Source: Pristiophorus japonicus (lineage: Eukaryota). Taken from it: a stretch of 64,000 bases of DNA. The first letter of the stretch is position 1. Every line of letters starts with the position of its first letter. The translations under genes and the position numbers were made by a program. Below are positions 50,515 to 62,427 of this stretch, in pieces. The stretch covers positions 15,810,001-15,874,000 of the forward strand of contig NC_091995.1 in NCBI RefSeq assembly GCF_044704955.1, written 5' to 3'. The notes beneath the pieces are model-generated. The model was given only the letters and a program-made list of their open reading frames with translations, ran no database searches and had not been told where the DNA came from.

Positions 50515-51439
50515 TGTGGGACTCATCCCGTTGATATAACTTCCTCAACAATAGAATCGCAATTTTCTAAGATGCTGTTGCTAACTGTTGTTGTTAATCG
50601 TCGAAAAATCGGCGGCAACGCATTTAAACGTTTCCAGTAAGCCCCTCTGCTGCATTATGCCTTACGATAGACAAAAGTACAGAGCGATTTGACACAGAAA
50701 TGGAGACAGGTGACTGAAGCTGCCAGGCTAGTTCGGAAGCGGCAAGAGTCGAGTGAATTAATTGCGCCCCAGTGTCGCTGCCGAGCGGCCGGATGGGAAC
50801 TTGTATCTATACGTATCTATATCTATCTATATCTATATGAAATTATTTTAAAAACTGCACCTGACACCAGGTGGCGAAGGATCTGATGCCAACGATCACC
50901 CCCTTTCATAAGTTCCGCTGATTACCTCCAGGATTTTCTTTGTTCATGTCAGTTTCGCTGGCTTGGCTGTTTCACCTTGTCTTTGGCCCCATTTATTAGT
51001 TCACCCTGCGCTCGTCAAACCCTGCCAAGTGCACCAGTTATTGGTGTCAATCCCCGATGAGCTATTCATAAAAACAAATATTTAATTGTGGAATGTGAAG
51101 CATGAGTCGTTAACAAAAACCTCGTAAAACCGCGCGAGCTGTGTAAAAGTTATTGGGCGAAAAATTCGGGGGCAGCGCACCCACATTTTTCGATGCCCCC
51201 CCGCCCCCCTGCGAAGCCTGCTCAACTATATCCCTGAGGCTTAGCAAACCCAGTCCTACATTTCTGATGCAGCCATGTGTTAGTTAGTCCTCGTTAGTAA
51301 TCGAATTCAAGCCCTAAAGGATGAGAGTATAAATGACTAGACTGGACTAATCCTAGTCACTCCGGTCCAGCCACCTGTTCTCTACAGTCTTCTGCTCATC
51401 CCAAACTTTTCTCCCCGTAATCTATCCAGCATCCTGTTC

Positions 51440-51880
51440 CCATCTCTAAATAACCCATGTGCTCGCCCACTCACATTTGTCTCCCGGTCACGCAATGCCT
51501 CAGTTCTTATTCTGGCGTGTAATCCCTATATGGCTTCAATCCTCCCTGTCGCCGCAACTTCTTCCAGCCCTGCAACTCTCCAACAACTTTTCATTCCTCT
51601 AAAACTGGAGGCTGTACTTCCGCCAACCCACCCCACCATTGGTGGCAGTGCCTTTAGCCTCTTGGCCCCATGCTCTGGAATTCCTTCCCTAAACCTCTAT
51701 ATCTTTCCGCCTCCCTCTCCTCCTGTAAGACCATCCCTAAAAACTCACCCATTTGAACCTGCCGACTGTTCCCCTCTAACATCAACTTCTTGAGGGCCAG
51801 TCCAATTTTCTTGGATTAGGGAACGTATTGGGGTCTGTTTGACATTAAAGGCTCCATATCCGTGCAGATTGTTATTACTG
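51440..51880 (+). mobile_element. Old L2 3' fragment
   Basis: ACCATTGGTGGCAGTGCCTTTAGCC...CTGGAATTCCTTCCCTAAACC resembles 42260-42320. Confidence 0.65.
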
Positions 51881-52184
51881 CTATTGTTGAAATGTAGAAA
51901 AGAGCAGTTAATAGCAATAGGCGGCGTTGTTCGGCTAACTTAGGGGAAAAAACGTATTCTTCATCTCTGAATGAAGGGGACTGGGGTAGGTTAAAGCACC
52001 ACTGTTTCTAGTTAAGTTATAACTTCTGGAAATTAATATACCAAAACCAACTTGCAAAGGGCATGTCAGAAACATGGACTGGCTTTCCAGATGTGCGAGT
52101 GAAAGTAAAAACTCTGGATTCAAGAACAACTTGTATTTATATAGCGCCTTTAATGTAGTGAAACATCCCAAGGCGTTAGATTTA

Positions 52185-54175
52185 AGTGTAAGAAGGTAAG
52201 GGAAGTGGACCTAAGTCCATGATCGGATCAGCTATGAACATATTAAATAGCGGAGCAGGCTTGAGGTGCCATATGGCTTATTCATGCTCCTATTTCTTAT
52301 ATTCTTACGTTCTTATGTAGATTATGAGAGTAAATTAGCAAGAAATATATGAGTTTCTCAAATGTATAAAAAAAAGGAAGAGAATGGCTAAAGTAAATGT
52401 TGGTCCCTCAGAGAATGAGACTGGGGAATTAATAATGGGGAAAAAGAAAATAGCAGAGACTTTGAACAAATATTTTGTTTTGTTCTTCAAGGTAGAAGTC
52501 ACTAAAAACATCTCAATAATGGATAATCAAGGGGCTATAGGGAGGGAGAAAATTAAAACAATCAATATCACTAAAGAAAAATATTCAGTAAAATAATGGG
52601 ACTAAAGGTGGACAAGTTCCCTGGATTGATGGCATGCATTCTAGGGTTTTAAAAGAAGTGGCTGCAGAGATAGTGGATGCATTGGTTGTAATCTACCAAA
52701 GTTCCCTGGATTCTGGAGAGGGCCCAGCGGATTGGAAAACCGCAAGTGTAACCCCCTATTTAAAAAAAGAGGCAGACAGAAAGCAGGAAACTATAGACCA
52801 GTTAGCTTAACATCTGTCATTGGGAAAATGTTGGAGTCCGTTATTAAGGAAGCAGTAGCAGGACATTTGGAAAAGCAATAAAAAGTCAAGTAGAGTCAGC
52901 ATGGTTTTATGAAAATGAAATCATGCTTGAGAAATTTTCTGGAGTTCTTTGAGAATGTAACGAACAGAATGGATAAGGGGGAACTAGTGGATGTGGTTTA
53001 TTTGGATTTCCAGAAGGCATTTGATAAGGTGCCACATAAAAGGTTACTGGGCAAGATAAAAGCTCATGGTGCTGGGGGTAATATTGATAGAGGATTGGCT
53101 AACTAAAAGAAAGCAGAGAATTGGGAGAAATGGGTCATTTACCGGTTGGCAAATGGTAACTAGTGGGGTGCCACAGGGATCAGTGCTGAGGCCTCAGCTA
53201 TTTACAATCTATATTAATGATTTGGATGAAGGGATCGAGTGTATTGTAGCCAAGTTTCCTGAAGAATAAAAAGATAGGTGAGAAAGCAAGTTGTGAGGAG
53301 GACACAAAAAAATCTGCAAAGGGATATAGATAGGCTAAGTGAGTGTGCAAACATTTGGCAGACGGAGTATAATGTTGGAAAGTGTGTGATTATCCAGTTT
53401 TACAGGAAAAATAAGAAAGCAGATTATAATTTAAATAGAGAGAAACTACAAAATGCTCAGGTACAGAGGGACGTGGGGTCCCTGTGCATGAAACACATAA
53501 CGTTAGTATGGAGGTACAGCAAATAATTAGGAAGTCAAATGGAATGCTGAACTTTATTGCAAAGGGGATGGAGTATAAAAGCAAAGAAGTCCTGCTACAA
53601 CTGTACTGGGTATTGGTGAGGCCACAACTAGAGTACTGCGTACAGTTTTGGTCTCCTTATTTAAGGAGAGATATATTTGCATTAGAGGCAGTTCAGAGAA
53701 GATTTGTGAAGTTGATTCCTGAGATGAAGACGTTAACCTATGAAGAAAGGTTGAGTACGTTGGGCCTATACTCATTGGAGTTTAGAAGAATTAGAGGTGA
53801 TTTTATTGAAACATATAAGATACTGAGGGGGTTCGTCAAGGTTGACGCAGAAAAGATGTTGCCCCTCGTGGGGGATCGAGAAATAGGGGTCATCGTTTCA
53901 GAATAAGGGATCGACCATTTAAAGTTGTGATGAGGAGGAATTTCTTCCCTCAGAGGATTGTAAATCTGTGGAATTCTCTGCCACAGCAAGTTGTGGAGGC
54001 TGGGTCTGAATATATTCAAGGGGGAGATACACACATTTTTGAGTGATAAGTGTTATGGGCAGTGGGCAGGGAAGTGGTGCTGACCCCATGATCAGCTCCA
54101 CCATGATTTGAATGGCAGAGCAGGCTCGAGGGGCCAAATGGCATACTCCTGCTCCAATTTCTTATGTTCTTATGT
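52185..54175 (+). mobile_element. Two adjacent CR1 pieces (52185-52316 tail; 52317-54175 RT to 3' end), inserted into an antisense L2
   Basis: Motifs VYLDFQKAFDKVPH, SGVPQGSVL and LVRPQLEYCVQFW are present. The L2 tail lies at 52123-52178 and its body resumes at 54176. Confidence 0.92.
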
Positions 54176-54690
54176 AAGGTGCATCACAAGAGTGTTATAA
54201 GACAAGAAAATTGACACTGAACCATATAAGTAGAAATTAGGGCAGGTGACCAAAAGCTGGAGCAAAGAGGTAGGTTTTAAGGAGCGTCTTAAATAAGGAA
54301 AGACAAATGGAGAGGCAGCGAGGTTTAGGCAGGGAATTCCAGAGCTTAAGGCTTTAGCAACAGAAGGCATGTTCGCCAATGGTTGAGCAATTCTAATCAG
54401 AGAGGCTCAAGTGACCAGCATGAAAGGAATGCAGATATCTCGGCAGGGGGAGATTGCGGGACTGCAGGGGGTAACAGAGAAACGGAGGGGCAAGATTATG
54501 GAGGGATTGTAAAACAAGGATGAGAATTTTGAAATCGAGGCGTTGTTTAATTGGGAGACAATGTAAGTCAGCAAGTCAACGGTTGATAGGTGAACAAGAT
54601 TTGGTGCGAGTTAGGACACAGGCAGCCAAGTATTGGATGAACTCAAGTTTACGTGGGTAGACCGTACGAGAGCAGGCAGGAGTGCGTTGT
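54176..54690 (-). mobile_element. L2 3' fragment
   Basis: Reverse-complement similarity to 41940-42450. Confidence 0.8.
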
Positions 54691-54699
54691 AAAAATGTC

Positions 54700-55818
54700 T
54701 TCACTCAGAGGGTGGTGAACCTTCTTGAAGCGCTGCAGTCCAGTGCTGACTCTAGCGTAGTGGGTTGGTACAACTGAAAGGCTCACTCGGCCATTTCATC
54801 GGGCAATTAAGAGTCAACCACATTACTGTGGGCCTGGAGTCTGGAGTCCAGGTAAGGGCGACAGATTTCCTTCCCTAAAGGACATTAATGAGCCAGATGG
54901 TAAGTTTTATGGTCACCATTACTGAGTCAAGCGTTTTATTTTAAATTCCAGATTTATTGGTCCAGAAATTCCAGCCTCCCCAGATCTGTACGGAGTGTAT
55001 ATAAACCGGGAGGCATCGCAAAAGCTGGTTTTCAATGCACAATGCGCATGCGCTGAAAACCGGATTTTCTGATCTGTCAAGCTGGAGCGAAGACATTTGC
55101 ATGTGCAAGATTGCAGTATTTACCCATATCTTGCCCAGCAAATGTCCTCAAAACTCTTGCGCCAGATTAAAGCAGGTGCATAGCCTACTGTTATAGGCAT
55201 AGAAGTTTTAAAAGACACTTAAAGCATAAAAAATAAAATTACAAAAAGACATTTTATTTTTAAAAACCTTGCCCACTACAGTAAATTTATTTTAAAGGAT
55301 AATTTAAAAATCTTTTTAAAAACTCGGAAAAAAAATTATCTTAAGATATTTATTACCTTTAATTTCAATTAATTTAAATTATGTCAAATGTGTTTTTTAA
55401 TTTTTATTTGGTGTTATTGTGTTTGTTTTTTTTCAATTAATAACAATCAAAACTCGTACATACGGAGTTCCCATTGCTATTAATTGAGAATACTTTATCT
55501 GACTGGTTGAGCAGACACATGTGAATGCATCTTCTGCGTGGGAAGCTGGAGGATGGGAGCGCGCTTTGCAGCCAGGAACAGAAGGCCTCCCCAGAGGAAT
55601 CCCATGCTCCTCCCGGACCACCAGATACTTTCGGAAAAATTCTCTGGTCGGAAGCATTCGTATGAAAGAAGCCTCTGACCGGAATTTCAGGGCCATTAAA
55701 TTAACTGAAATATAATTCCCCAGCTGCCGCTGAGGCATTTAAAGTCAAGTCACCGGATCATTACTCCAGGTCTCTGAATTACACGTTCAGTTACATAACC
55801 ACTATGCTACTGTGCCCC
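54700..55818 (-). mobile_element. tRNA-derived SINE (second family) split by a MITE
   Basis: 54700-54958 and 55695-55818 join into a copy collinear with 63545-63951. Confidence 0.72.
54959..55694. mobile_element. Non-autonomous DNA transposon (MITE), PIF/Harbinger-like
   Basis: Imperfect 14-bp TIRs GGTCCAGAAATTCC / GGAATTTCAGGGCC, a 3-bp TSD ATT, and clean interruption of a SINE. Confidence 0.75.
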
Positions 55819-55846
55819 GAATTAATGAGATTATTTACAGTTACAG

Positions 55847-56200
55847 GAGTTACTGTCTCCAGTGTTGCAGTCAGCCAAACACCGCCTTCGGTTAGTGTCA
55901 CCGAAGATGGCACATTGCATCTGTACTGTAATTTCAGTGTGAATAAAATTGCTTCAGGAAACAATGTTATTGGTGCCGTAACCTGGTACAAAGACACAAA
56001 AGCATGCCTAGTTTGTCAGAACTGCTCAGAATATATCGGTCGCGTTCTGCTGTCTGATTCAACTTCCTTTCAAGAATTTCAAATCGCATCTTTGACAATC
56101 ACGGATGTGAAACGGAATGACACGGGATGGTACTACTGTGAAGTGGATCTTCTCATCGATGGGAAGGGCACCGGAGAAGGGACTGAAGTCACAGTGAACC
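55847..56200 (+). CDS. ncr3: Ig V-set domain exon with germline-joined J-like G strand, NKp30/NCR3-like; alternative acceptor gives a start at 55841
   Basis: It has the canonical Cys (LYC), Trp (IGAVTWYKD), DTGWYYC and GKGTGEGTEVTV. It is collinear with NKp30 as I recall it (IGSVTWFRD, FRGRL, GVGTGNGTRLVV). It is bounded by a TTACAG acceptor and a C|GTGAGT donor, both phase 1. Confidence 0.9.
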
Positions 56201-56404
56201 GTGAGTTTGCATGAACTTACATCTTCCTTTAGATTCAGCTTTCTCCAAAAACAAAATGTTTAAATGGAAACTTGGGTTAATGAAATCATTACTACATTAA
56301 TTGAAATGTTCCCTGTCAGGTCTTTCCTGCAAGATGGGTAAACTGACGAGTTTGGGTACAATGCTCGTATTACACCCGCCTGATTTTACTCTCCATTGAA
56401 ATGA

Positions 56405-56995
56405 AGGTTAAAGAAGTCTCAGTAATATTATACAGGACATTGGTGAGGCCACACCTGGAGTACTGTATACAGTTCTGTTCTCCTTAGTGAAAGAAGGACA
56501 TACTTGCCTTGGAGGGAGTGCAACAAAGGTTTATTACTGGCTCCTGCAATGAGTGGATTGCCCTATGAGGAGAGATTGGGTAGACTAGGTCTATATTCCC
56601 TAGAGTTTAGAAGAATGAGAGGTGATCTCATCGAAACATATAACATTCTTAAGGGGCTTGACAGGGTTAATGCTGAGAAAATGTTTCCCCTGGCTGGAAA
56701 GTCTCAAACATGGGGGCAGATTCTCAGAATAAGGGGTCAGAGATTTAAGAATGAGAGCAGGAAACATGTCTTCACTGAAAGGGTTATGAATCTTTGGAAT
56801 TCTCTAACCAGAGGGCTGTGGATGCTCAGTCATTGAATATATTCAAAGGTTGTCTCTAAGGGAATCAAGGGTGTTATGAGGATAGCGCTGGAAAGTGGAG
56901 TTGAGGTAATAGATCAAGCATGATCTTGTTGAATGGCAGGGCAAGCTCAAAGGGCCGAATGGTCTACACTTCTTCCTATTTCTTATGTTCTGATG
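56405..56995 (+). mobile_element. CR1 3' fragment (intronic)
   Basis: It encodes YEERLGRLGLYSLEFRRMRGDLIETY and ends in a CR1 tail. Confidence 0.92.
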
Positions 56996-57919
56996 CTATT
57001 ATAAGTTTACATTCTGGGGGTAATCGCAACCAAACTCTTTGGGCTGGAAATCCACGGATCGTGTAGAATGCTAATTTTTACACAGCAGCCCACTATTACA
57101 CCCCATTTACTTTAATGAAGAGTAAAATCGGGCGGGTAGTAAAACCAGCATTGCACCCAGAGGTGCAGCATAGTTTACATTTTCTCCCTATATATTTGTC
57201 TTTAAATTCTGCTGTGCCCAATGTAAATGTTTTAATGGGCTACTAGAAAAGAAGTTTGTAGGTAGCCAAACCGTAACCGGTTTTCTGAAAGGTTCCCATA
57301 TTGGCTACTTATCGTAAAATTATCAAGAAATTGAATAGAAATAATAATCAAACGTAAATTATTACTATTGGGGCAAAAATAATTCCGAATAAATTGTTGC
57401 CTCTGAAATAACTTTCGTATGCAAAATGTGTATAGGCTTTGCCTTATAAATGATATTTATAATCAGATTCCCAAAATGCCAGCTATCCCACAATTTATAT
57501 CGGTTCTCTTTGCAATCAATCTGCCTTCAAAATAATATGGTGAGTGATCTAAAATCATAACTAAGTTAATCCTGTATGACGAACTTGAACCAGACAGGTA
57601 GGCAGCACATAAGATCACGATTAATTCATCAATCAGTGAAGCTGATTAATAAAAATTGGAGGGGGTGTCATGTCACCAGGGATGAAAAGTTTTGCACACT
57701 TCGAGTTAACCTAGATAACCCAGAGGGATTCAATGAGCAAACTGACAGTTAAGCTGTTTTTTTCTACTGGCAGACACATTTTAGAATCGTTATTTGTTGA
57801 GTAGTAAAGCAAAATTGTACGCACTAATTTTGAACTATTTGTTGATGGTCAACAAAGAATATATTTTCGGCATTTAAAATTTCACCCTGGCTGATGGTCG
57901 TTAAATATATTTCAAATGA

Positions 57920-60411
57920 ATGATCAGCGGAGCCAGAAAAATATAACTTTTTCTCTACAAAAGCGAAGGCTGAGGGGTGACCTGATAGAGGACTTTAAGA
58001 TCATGAAAGGGGTTGATAGGTTAGACATAAGGAAGGTGTTGTCACTTGAAGGGGGAGTCAAAACCTAGCGGGCAAAAATATACCATAATCATTAATAATG
58101 CCAGTAAGGAATTCAGGAAAATGTCTTTACCCAGATAGTGGTTAAAATGTGGAACTCGCTACCACATGGAATGGTTGAGGTAAATAGCATAGATCCATTT
58201 AAGGGGAGGCTAAGTAAGTAATTGGGGTTGAATAAAAGAAAGACATGCATTTATATATCACCTTTCTCAGCCACCCCACGACCCAAAGCACTTTATAGCC
58301 AATTAAGTACTTGTTTGAAGTGTAGTCACTGTTGTAATGTAGGAAATACAGCAGCAAATTGTGCACAGCAAGCTCTCACAAACAGCAATGTGATATTGAC
58401 CAGGTAATCTGTTTTAGTGATGTTGATTGAGGGATAATTATTGGCCAGGACACCGGGCAGAACTCCCCAGCTGTCATAAAAGGGTATGATGATAGGATTA
58501 GATGACGTAAAGAAGAAGAAGGCTCGTGTTGGACATAAAGAGCAGCATAGACAGGTTGGGCTGAATGGTCCGTTTCTGTGCTGTAAATATTATGTAATTA
58601 CAATTTTCAGTCTTCATTGAAAATTTCTTTCATCTGTAAACTTCAGATACTTCCTGCAGTACGTGACCCATGCAACTATTTGTCATCAGAATGAAATTGA
58701 TGGCAAAGACAAATGTTTCTAAAACTGCATCTCTTACTTCTCTCAAGATCCAACACACGTTTCAACTAAACTCTAAAGTTTATAGAACCATAGAAGTTCA
58801 CGGCATGGAAGGAGGGTATTCAGCCCATCATGTCTGTGCCTACCAAGAAAGAGGTGTCCAGCCTAATCCTACTTTCCACCTCTTGGTCCGGGGCCCTGTA
58901 GGTTATGGCACTTCAAGCGTATATCCAAGATTGTTTTAAATGCTGAGGGTTTCTGCCTCTTCCACAATTTCAGACAATAAGTTCCAGACTGCCACCACCC
59001 TCTGGGTGAAAATATCTCAACGCCCTTCTAACCCTTCTACCAATTACATTAAATCTATTGCCCCTGGTTATTTACCTCTCTACTAAGGGAAATAGGTAAT
59101 TCCTATCCATTATATCTAGGCCCCTCATAATTTTATACATATTTAGCCTAGTCTTGTTTCCCTTTCCCTCGAAGCGCATGATCAGCGAAGCCAGGAAGAA
59201 CGTAACATTTTCTCTAGAGAAGGCTGAGGGGCGACCAGATAGAGGTCTTTAAGATTATGAAAGGGGTTGATAGGTTAGATATAGAGAAGATATTGCCACT
59301 TGTGGGGGAGTCTAAAACTAGGGGCCACAAATATAAGATAATCACTAATAAAGCCAATAAGGAATTCAGGAGAATCTTATTTACCCAGAGAGTGGTTAGA
59401 ATGTGAAACTGCTACAATATGGAGTGGTTGAGAGAAATAGCGAAATGCATTTGGGGTGGAGGGGGGAGGGGGGGATAAGTAAATGGGGGAGAAAAAAAAG
59501 AAACACTTGCATTTATATATTGGCTTTCATTGCCACCGGATGCCCCAAAGCACTTTACAGGCCAATGAAGTATTTTTTGAAGTGTAGTCGCTGTAGGAAA
59601 CGTGACAGCCAATTTGCACACAGCAAGTTTCAACGACCAGCAATGTAATAATGAACAGGTAATCTGTTTTTATTGATGTTGAATGAGGGATAAATAATGG
59701 CCAGGACACCGGGGAGAACTCCCCTGCTGGAAAAGAAGGACCTGCGGATAGGATTAGATGAGGTAACGAGGGCGGAGGCACGTGTTGAGCATAAAGAGCG
59801 GCATGGAGCAGTTGGGCTGAATGGCCTCTTTCTGTTATGTAAATATGGTGTAAATACAATTTTCAGTCTTCATTGAAAATTGCTCTCATCTGAAAACTCC
59901 AGTTACCAAACCTTCCCGTCACACATGACCCATTCAGCTATTTGTCATGAGAATGAAATTGATGGAAAAGACAAATGTTTCTAAAATTACATTTCCTGCT
60001 TCCCACAAAACACGTTTCAACTAAACTCTGAAGTTGAGAACTTTATAGAATTATAGAAGTTTATGGCACAAAACGTCATTCGACCCATCTGTCTGAATTC
60101 ACCGAAAAAGAGCTAACGAGCAGAATCCCATTTTCCAGCTCTTGGCCCATAGCTCTGGAGGTACACATACAGGTAATTTTTTAATATGATGAATGCTTTT
60201 GTCTCTTTTATCCTTTCAAGCAGTGAGTTCCAGACCCTCGCCACCATCTGGGTGAAAACATTTCTCCTCAACTCCCCTCTAATCCTTCTACAATTACTTT
60301 AAATCAATGCCCCCTGGTTATAGAGCCCTTTGCCAAGGGAAATAGTTGCTTCTTATCCACTCTATCTTGGCGCCTCCAACTTTATAGATTTTAGCTTAGT
60401 CTTGTTTCCCT
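57920..60411 (+). repeat. Diverged tandem duplication of about 1.25 kb (57920-59165 and 59179-60411)
   Basis: Both units start ATGATCAGCG(G/A)AGCCAG, end TAGTCTTGTTTCCCT and share the same mosaic: CR1(+) with a nested SINE(-), a non-TE spacer, then CR1(-). Confidence 0.85.
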
Positions 60412-60952
60412 ACGATATAGAACTTTTTCAAACATAGGCTGCTTTTCAGATATTTGAATAAATGTTGATGATTTTCAACTCAGACATTGGATAGGCAGTT
60501 TGTATCGCAAAAATTTCTGGGTGAACCTCATTTCCTTGGCGTTGCTTGACCAGTTTAAGATACCTTCTGATATTTTTTACAATGTGAAAGATCCAGAGCG
60601 AGAACCAACAATGCAGTTGCAAAGTTTGGAAAGAAGTTGTAATCCCGCATATCCATATATCAGACTGCAGAATAGTAACGGTTCCTAGTTCATAACCTGC
60701 AAATCAGAACCTAATGCCAAATACATTGCTGAACCTTAATTATCAACAACTATATACGACATATTATGAAAAGAAAATTTGAAAGTTGCAAATTGTAAAT
60801 TAGTCCTCCACCCAATGAACTAAAATAATCCAATGTTGCAAACACTTTACCCACTATAGGGAACCAGTCGATTTCACTTTGCTGAAATCATATGGATAGA
60901 CAATGGCGTTATTGCAAGTTGCACATTACCAACTGCTACAAAGTTATGATGA

Positions 60953-61610
60953 AATCATAGAGAATCATAGAATGGTAACAACACGGAAGAAGGCCATTCA
61001 GACCGTCAATCTCATGCCGGCTCTCAGCTAGTCCCACTCCCCTGCCCTTTCCACCTAGACCTGCAATGTTTCCCCTGCAGGCTTATCTGGTTCCCTTTTG
61101 AAAGATAAGATACATTTTCAGGCAGTGCATTCCAGAACACAACCGCTCGCTTCATAAATCAGTTTTTTCATTATGTCACGTCTCCTTTGGTTCTTTTGCC
61201 AATCACCTTAAACCTGTGTCCTCTAGTTCTCAACCATTCTGCCAATGGAAACAGCTTCTCTCTATCTGTCCAGGCCACTCCTGATTTTGAACAGCTCTAT
61301 TAAATCTCCTCTTAATCTTCTCTGCTCCAAGGAGAAAAAACCCCAGCTTCTTCAGTCTATCAATGGAACTGAAATCCTTCATTCCCTCATCTGAATTCCC
61401 TCATCTTTTCTGCACCCTCTCTAATTCCGCATATCGTAAACTGTGGAGCTTAGAATTGGGCACTGTACACCAATGGGGCCGAACCAATATTTTATACATG
61501 TTCATCCTAAATTCACACTTTTGTGCTCTATTTATGAAGCCCAGGATCCGGTAAGCCCTTTTAACTGCTTTCTAAACATGCCCTGTCACCTTCAACGATT
61601 TATACACACA
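60953..61610 (-). mobile_element. CR1 3' fragment (intronic)
   Basis: It is collinear with 21985-22525. Confidence 0.85.
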
Positions 61611-61638
61611 AGCGCACATATCCTTTGCTATTCTGCAG

Positions 61639-61671
61639 GTCTGACATCAGGATCGTATCTGGACAGAAAAG
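61639..61671 (+). CDS. ncr3: 33-nt stalk micro-exon of the NCR3-like gene ((R)LTSGSYLDRK(G))
   Basis: Acceptor TCCTTTGCTATTCTGCAG and donor AAG|GTAAAC bound a symmetric phase 1-1 exon that is open in frame between the V and TM exons. Confidence 0.62.
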
Positions 61672-62244
61672 GTAAACCAAGTATTGAAACCGATTTAGTT
61701 CTGCCATAGAAAGTGGACTGGAAACCTCCACCCAATTATATTTGGTAAACTAATTGTTTACTGCTGGGTGTGAAGTCAGGTCTCGTGGCATCCTCAATTT
61801 GTGTCTCATCACACTAATAAAATTTGAGCTTGGACGCACCAGTAAATAAATTATTTATTTATGTGGTGATTATTCCCCTACAATCAGACTAGACCCACAC
61901 GGGAGAAAGAGAAAGAGAGAGAGGTCTGCACAGAACATTGTAGAGTTGTTACCCCTCCTCCCCCCTCCCCCCATACAGCTGATAATACCAACCAACTGCA
62001 ATACCACGCAAAGTGGAAAGAAAAACACATTTTTTTCTTTATGTGGTCACCACCATCGTGCTGTGCTGTGCTGAGGGTGTTGTCTCTCAACTAAGGTGTC
62101 TCAACTGAGAAGGCAGACAAACTCAATTTAACGTCTCATTCGAAATACGGCACCTCCGACAGTGCAAGCATACGGCGAACAATAGCAACCAAAAAAAAAC
62201 GCAAAGGAGGGAGGAAAGAAACACTTTTTTTCTCATCTCTGCAG

Positions 62245-62382
62245 GTCACGATGAAGCTGAAGTGACATCGGTTGCGGTTCAAAGAAACATATATGAGCTC
62301 CTTTTTTCAGTGCTGGCCGTTGTGCTCTTCGCGTTGACCCTTGTTATAATAATTTCTACCCTGCACTGCTGCGGATCTCCAG
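62245..62382 (+). CDS. ncr3: Stalk and transmembrane exon (HDEAEVTSVAVQRNIYELLFSVLAVVLFALTLVIIISTLHCCGSP)
   Basis: It has a strong acceptor (TTTTTTTCTCATCTCTGCAG) and a CAG|GTAATT donor, is phase 1-1 in frame with the V exon, and encodes a hydrophobic stretch of about 22 aa. Confidence 0.85.
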
Positions 62383-62427
62383 GTAATTATCCTGAATTTA
62401 ACTTCATTGATAGGTGGATTGAGTTAT

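Noticed and set aside
49905-50551. ORFs starting MESFGLCCC and the HT/YI-rich ORFs
   Set aside because: They are the wrong frame of the leader exon running into a microsatellite and the N gap.
55043-55053. NRF1-like TGCGCATGCGC motif
   Set aside because: It lies inside a MITE palindrome, and nothing else supports a regulatory role.
55804-55840. ATG at 55804 as the start of the Ig-domain protein
   Set aside because: It lies in a SINE head upstream of the splice acceptor and gives a poor signal peptide. A better leader exon exists at 49895.
56190-56230. CACAGTG heptamer at the V exon end as a recombination signal
   Set aside because: It is formed by the Val-Thr-Val codons, there is no nonamer at 12- or 23-bp spacing, and the domain already includes its J-like strand.
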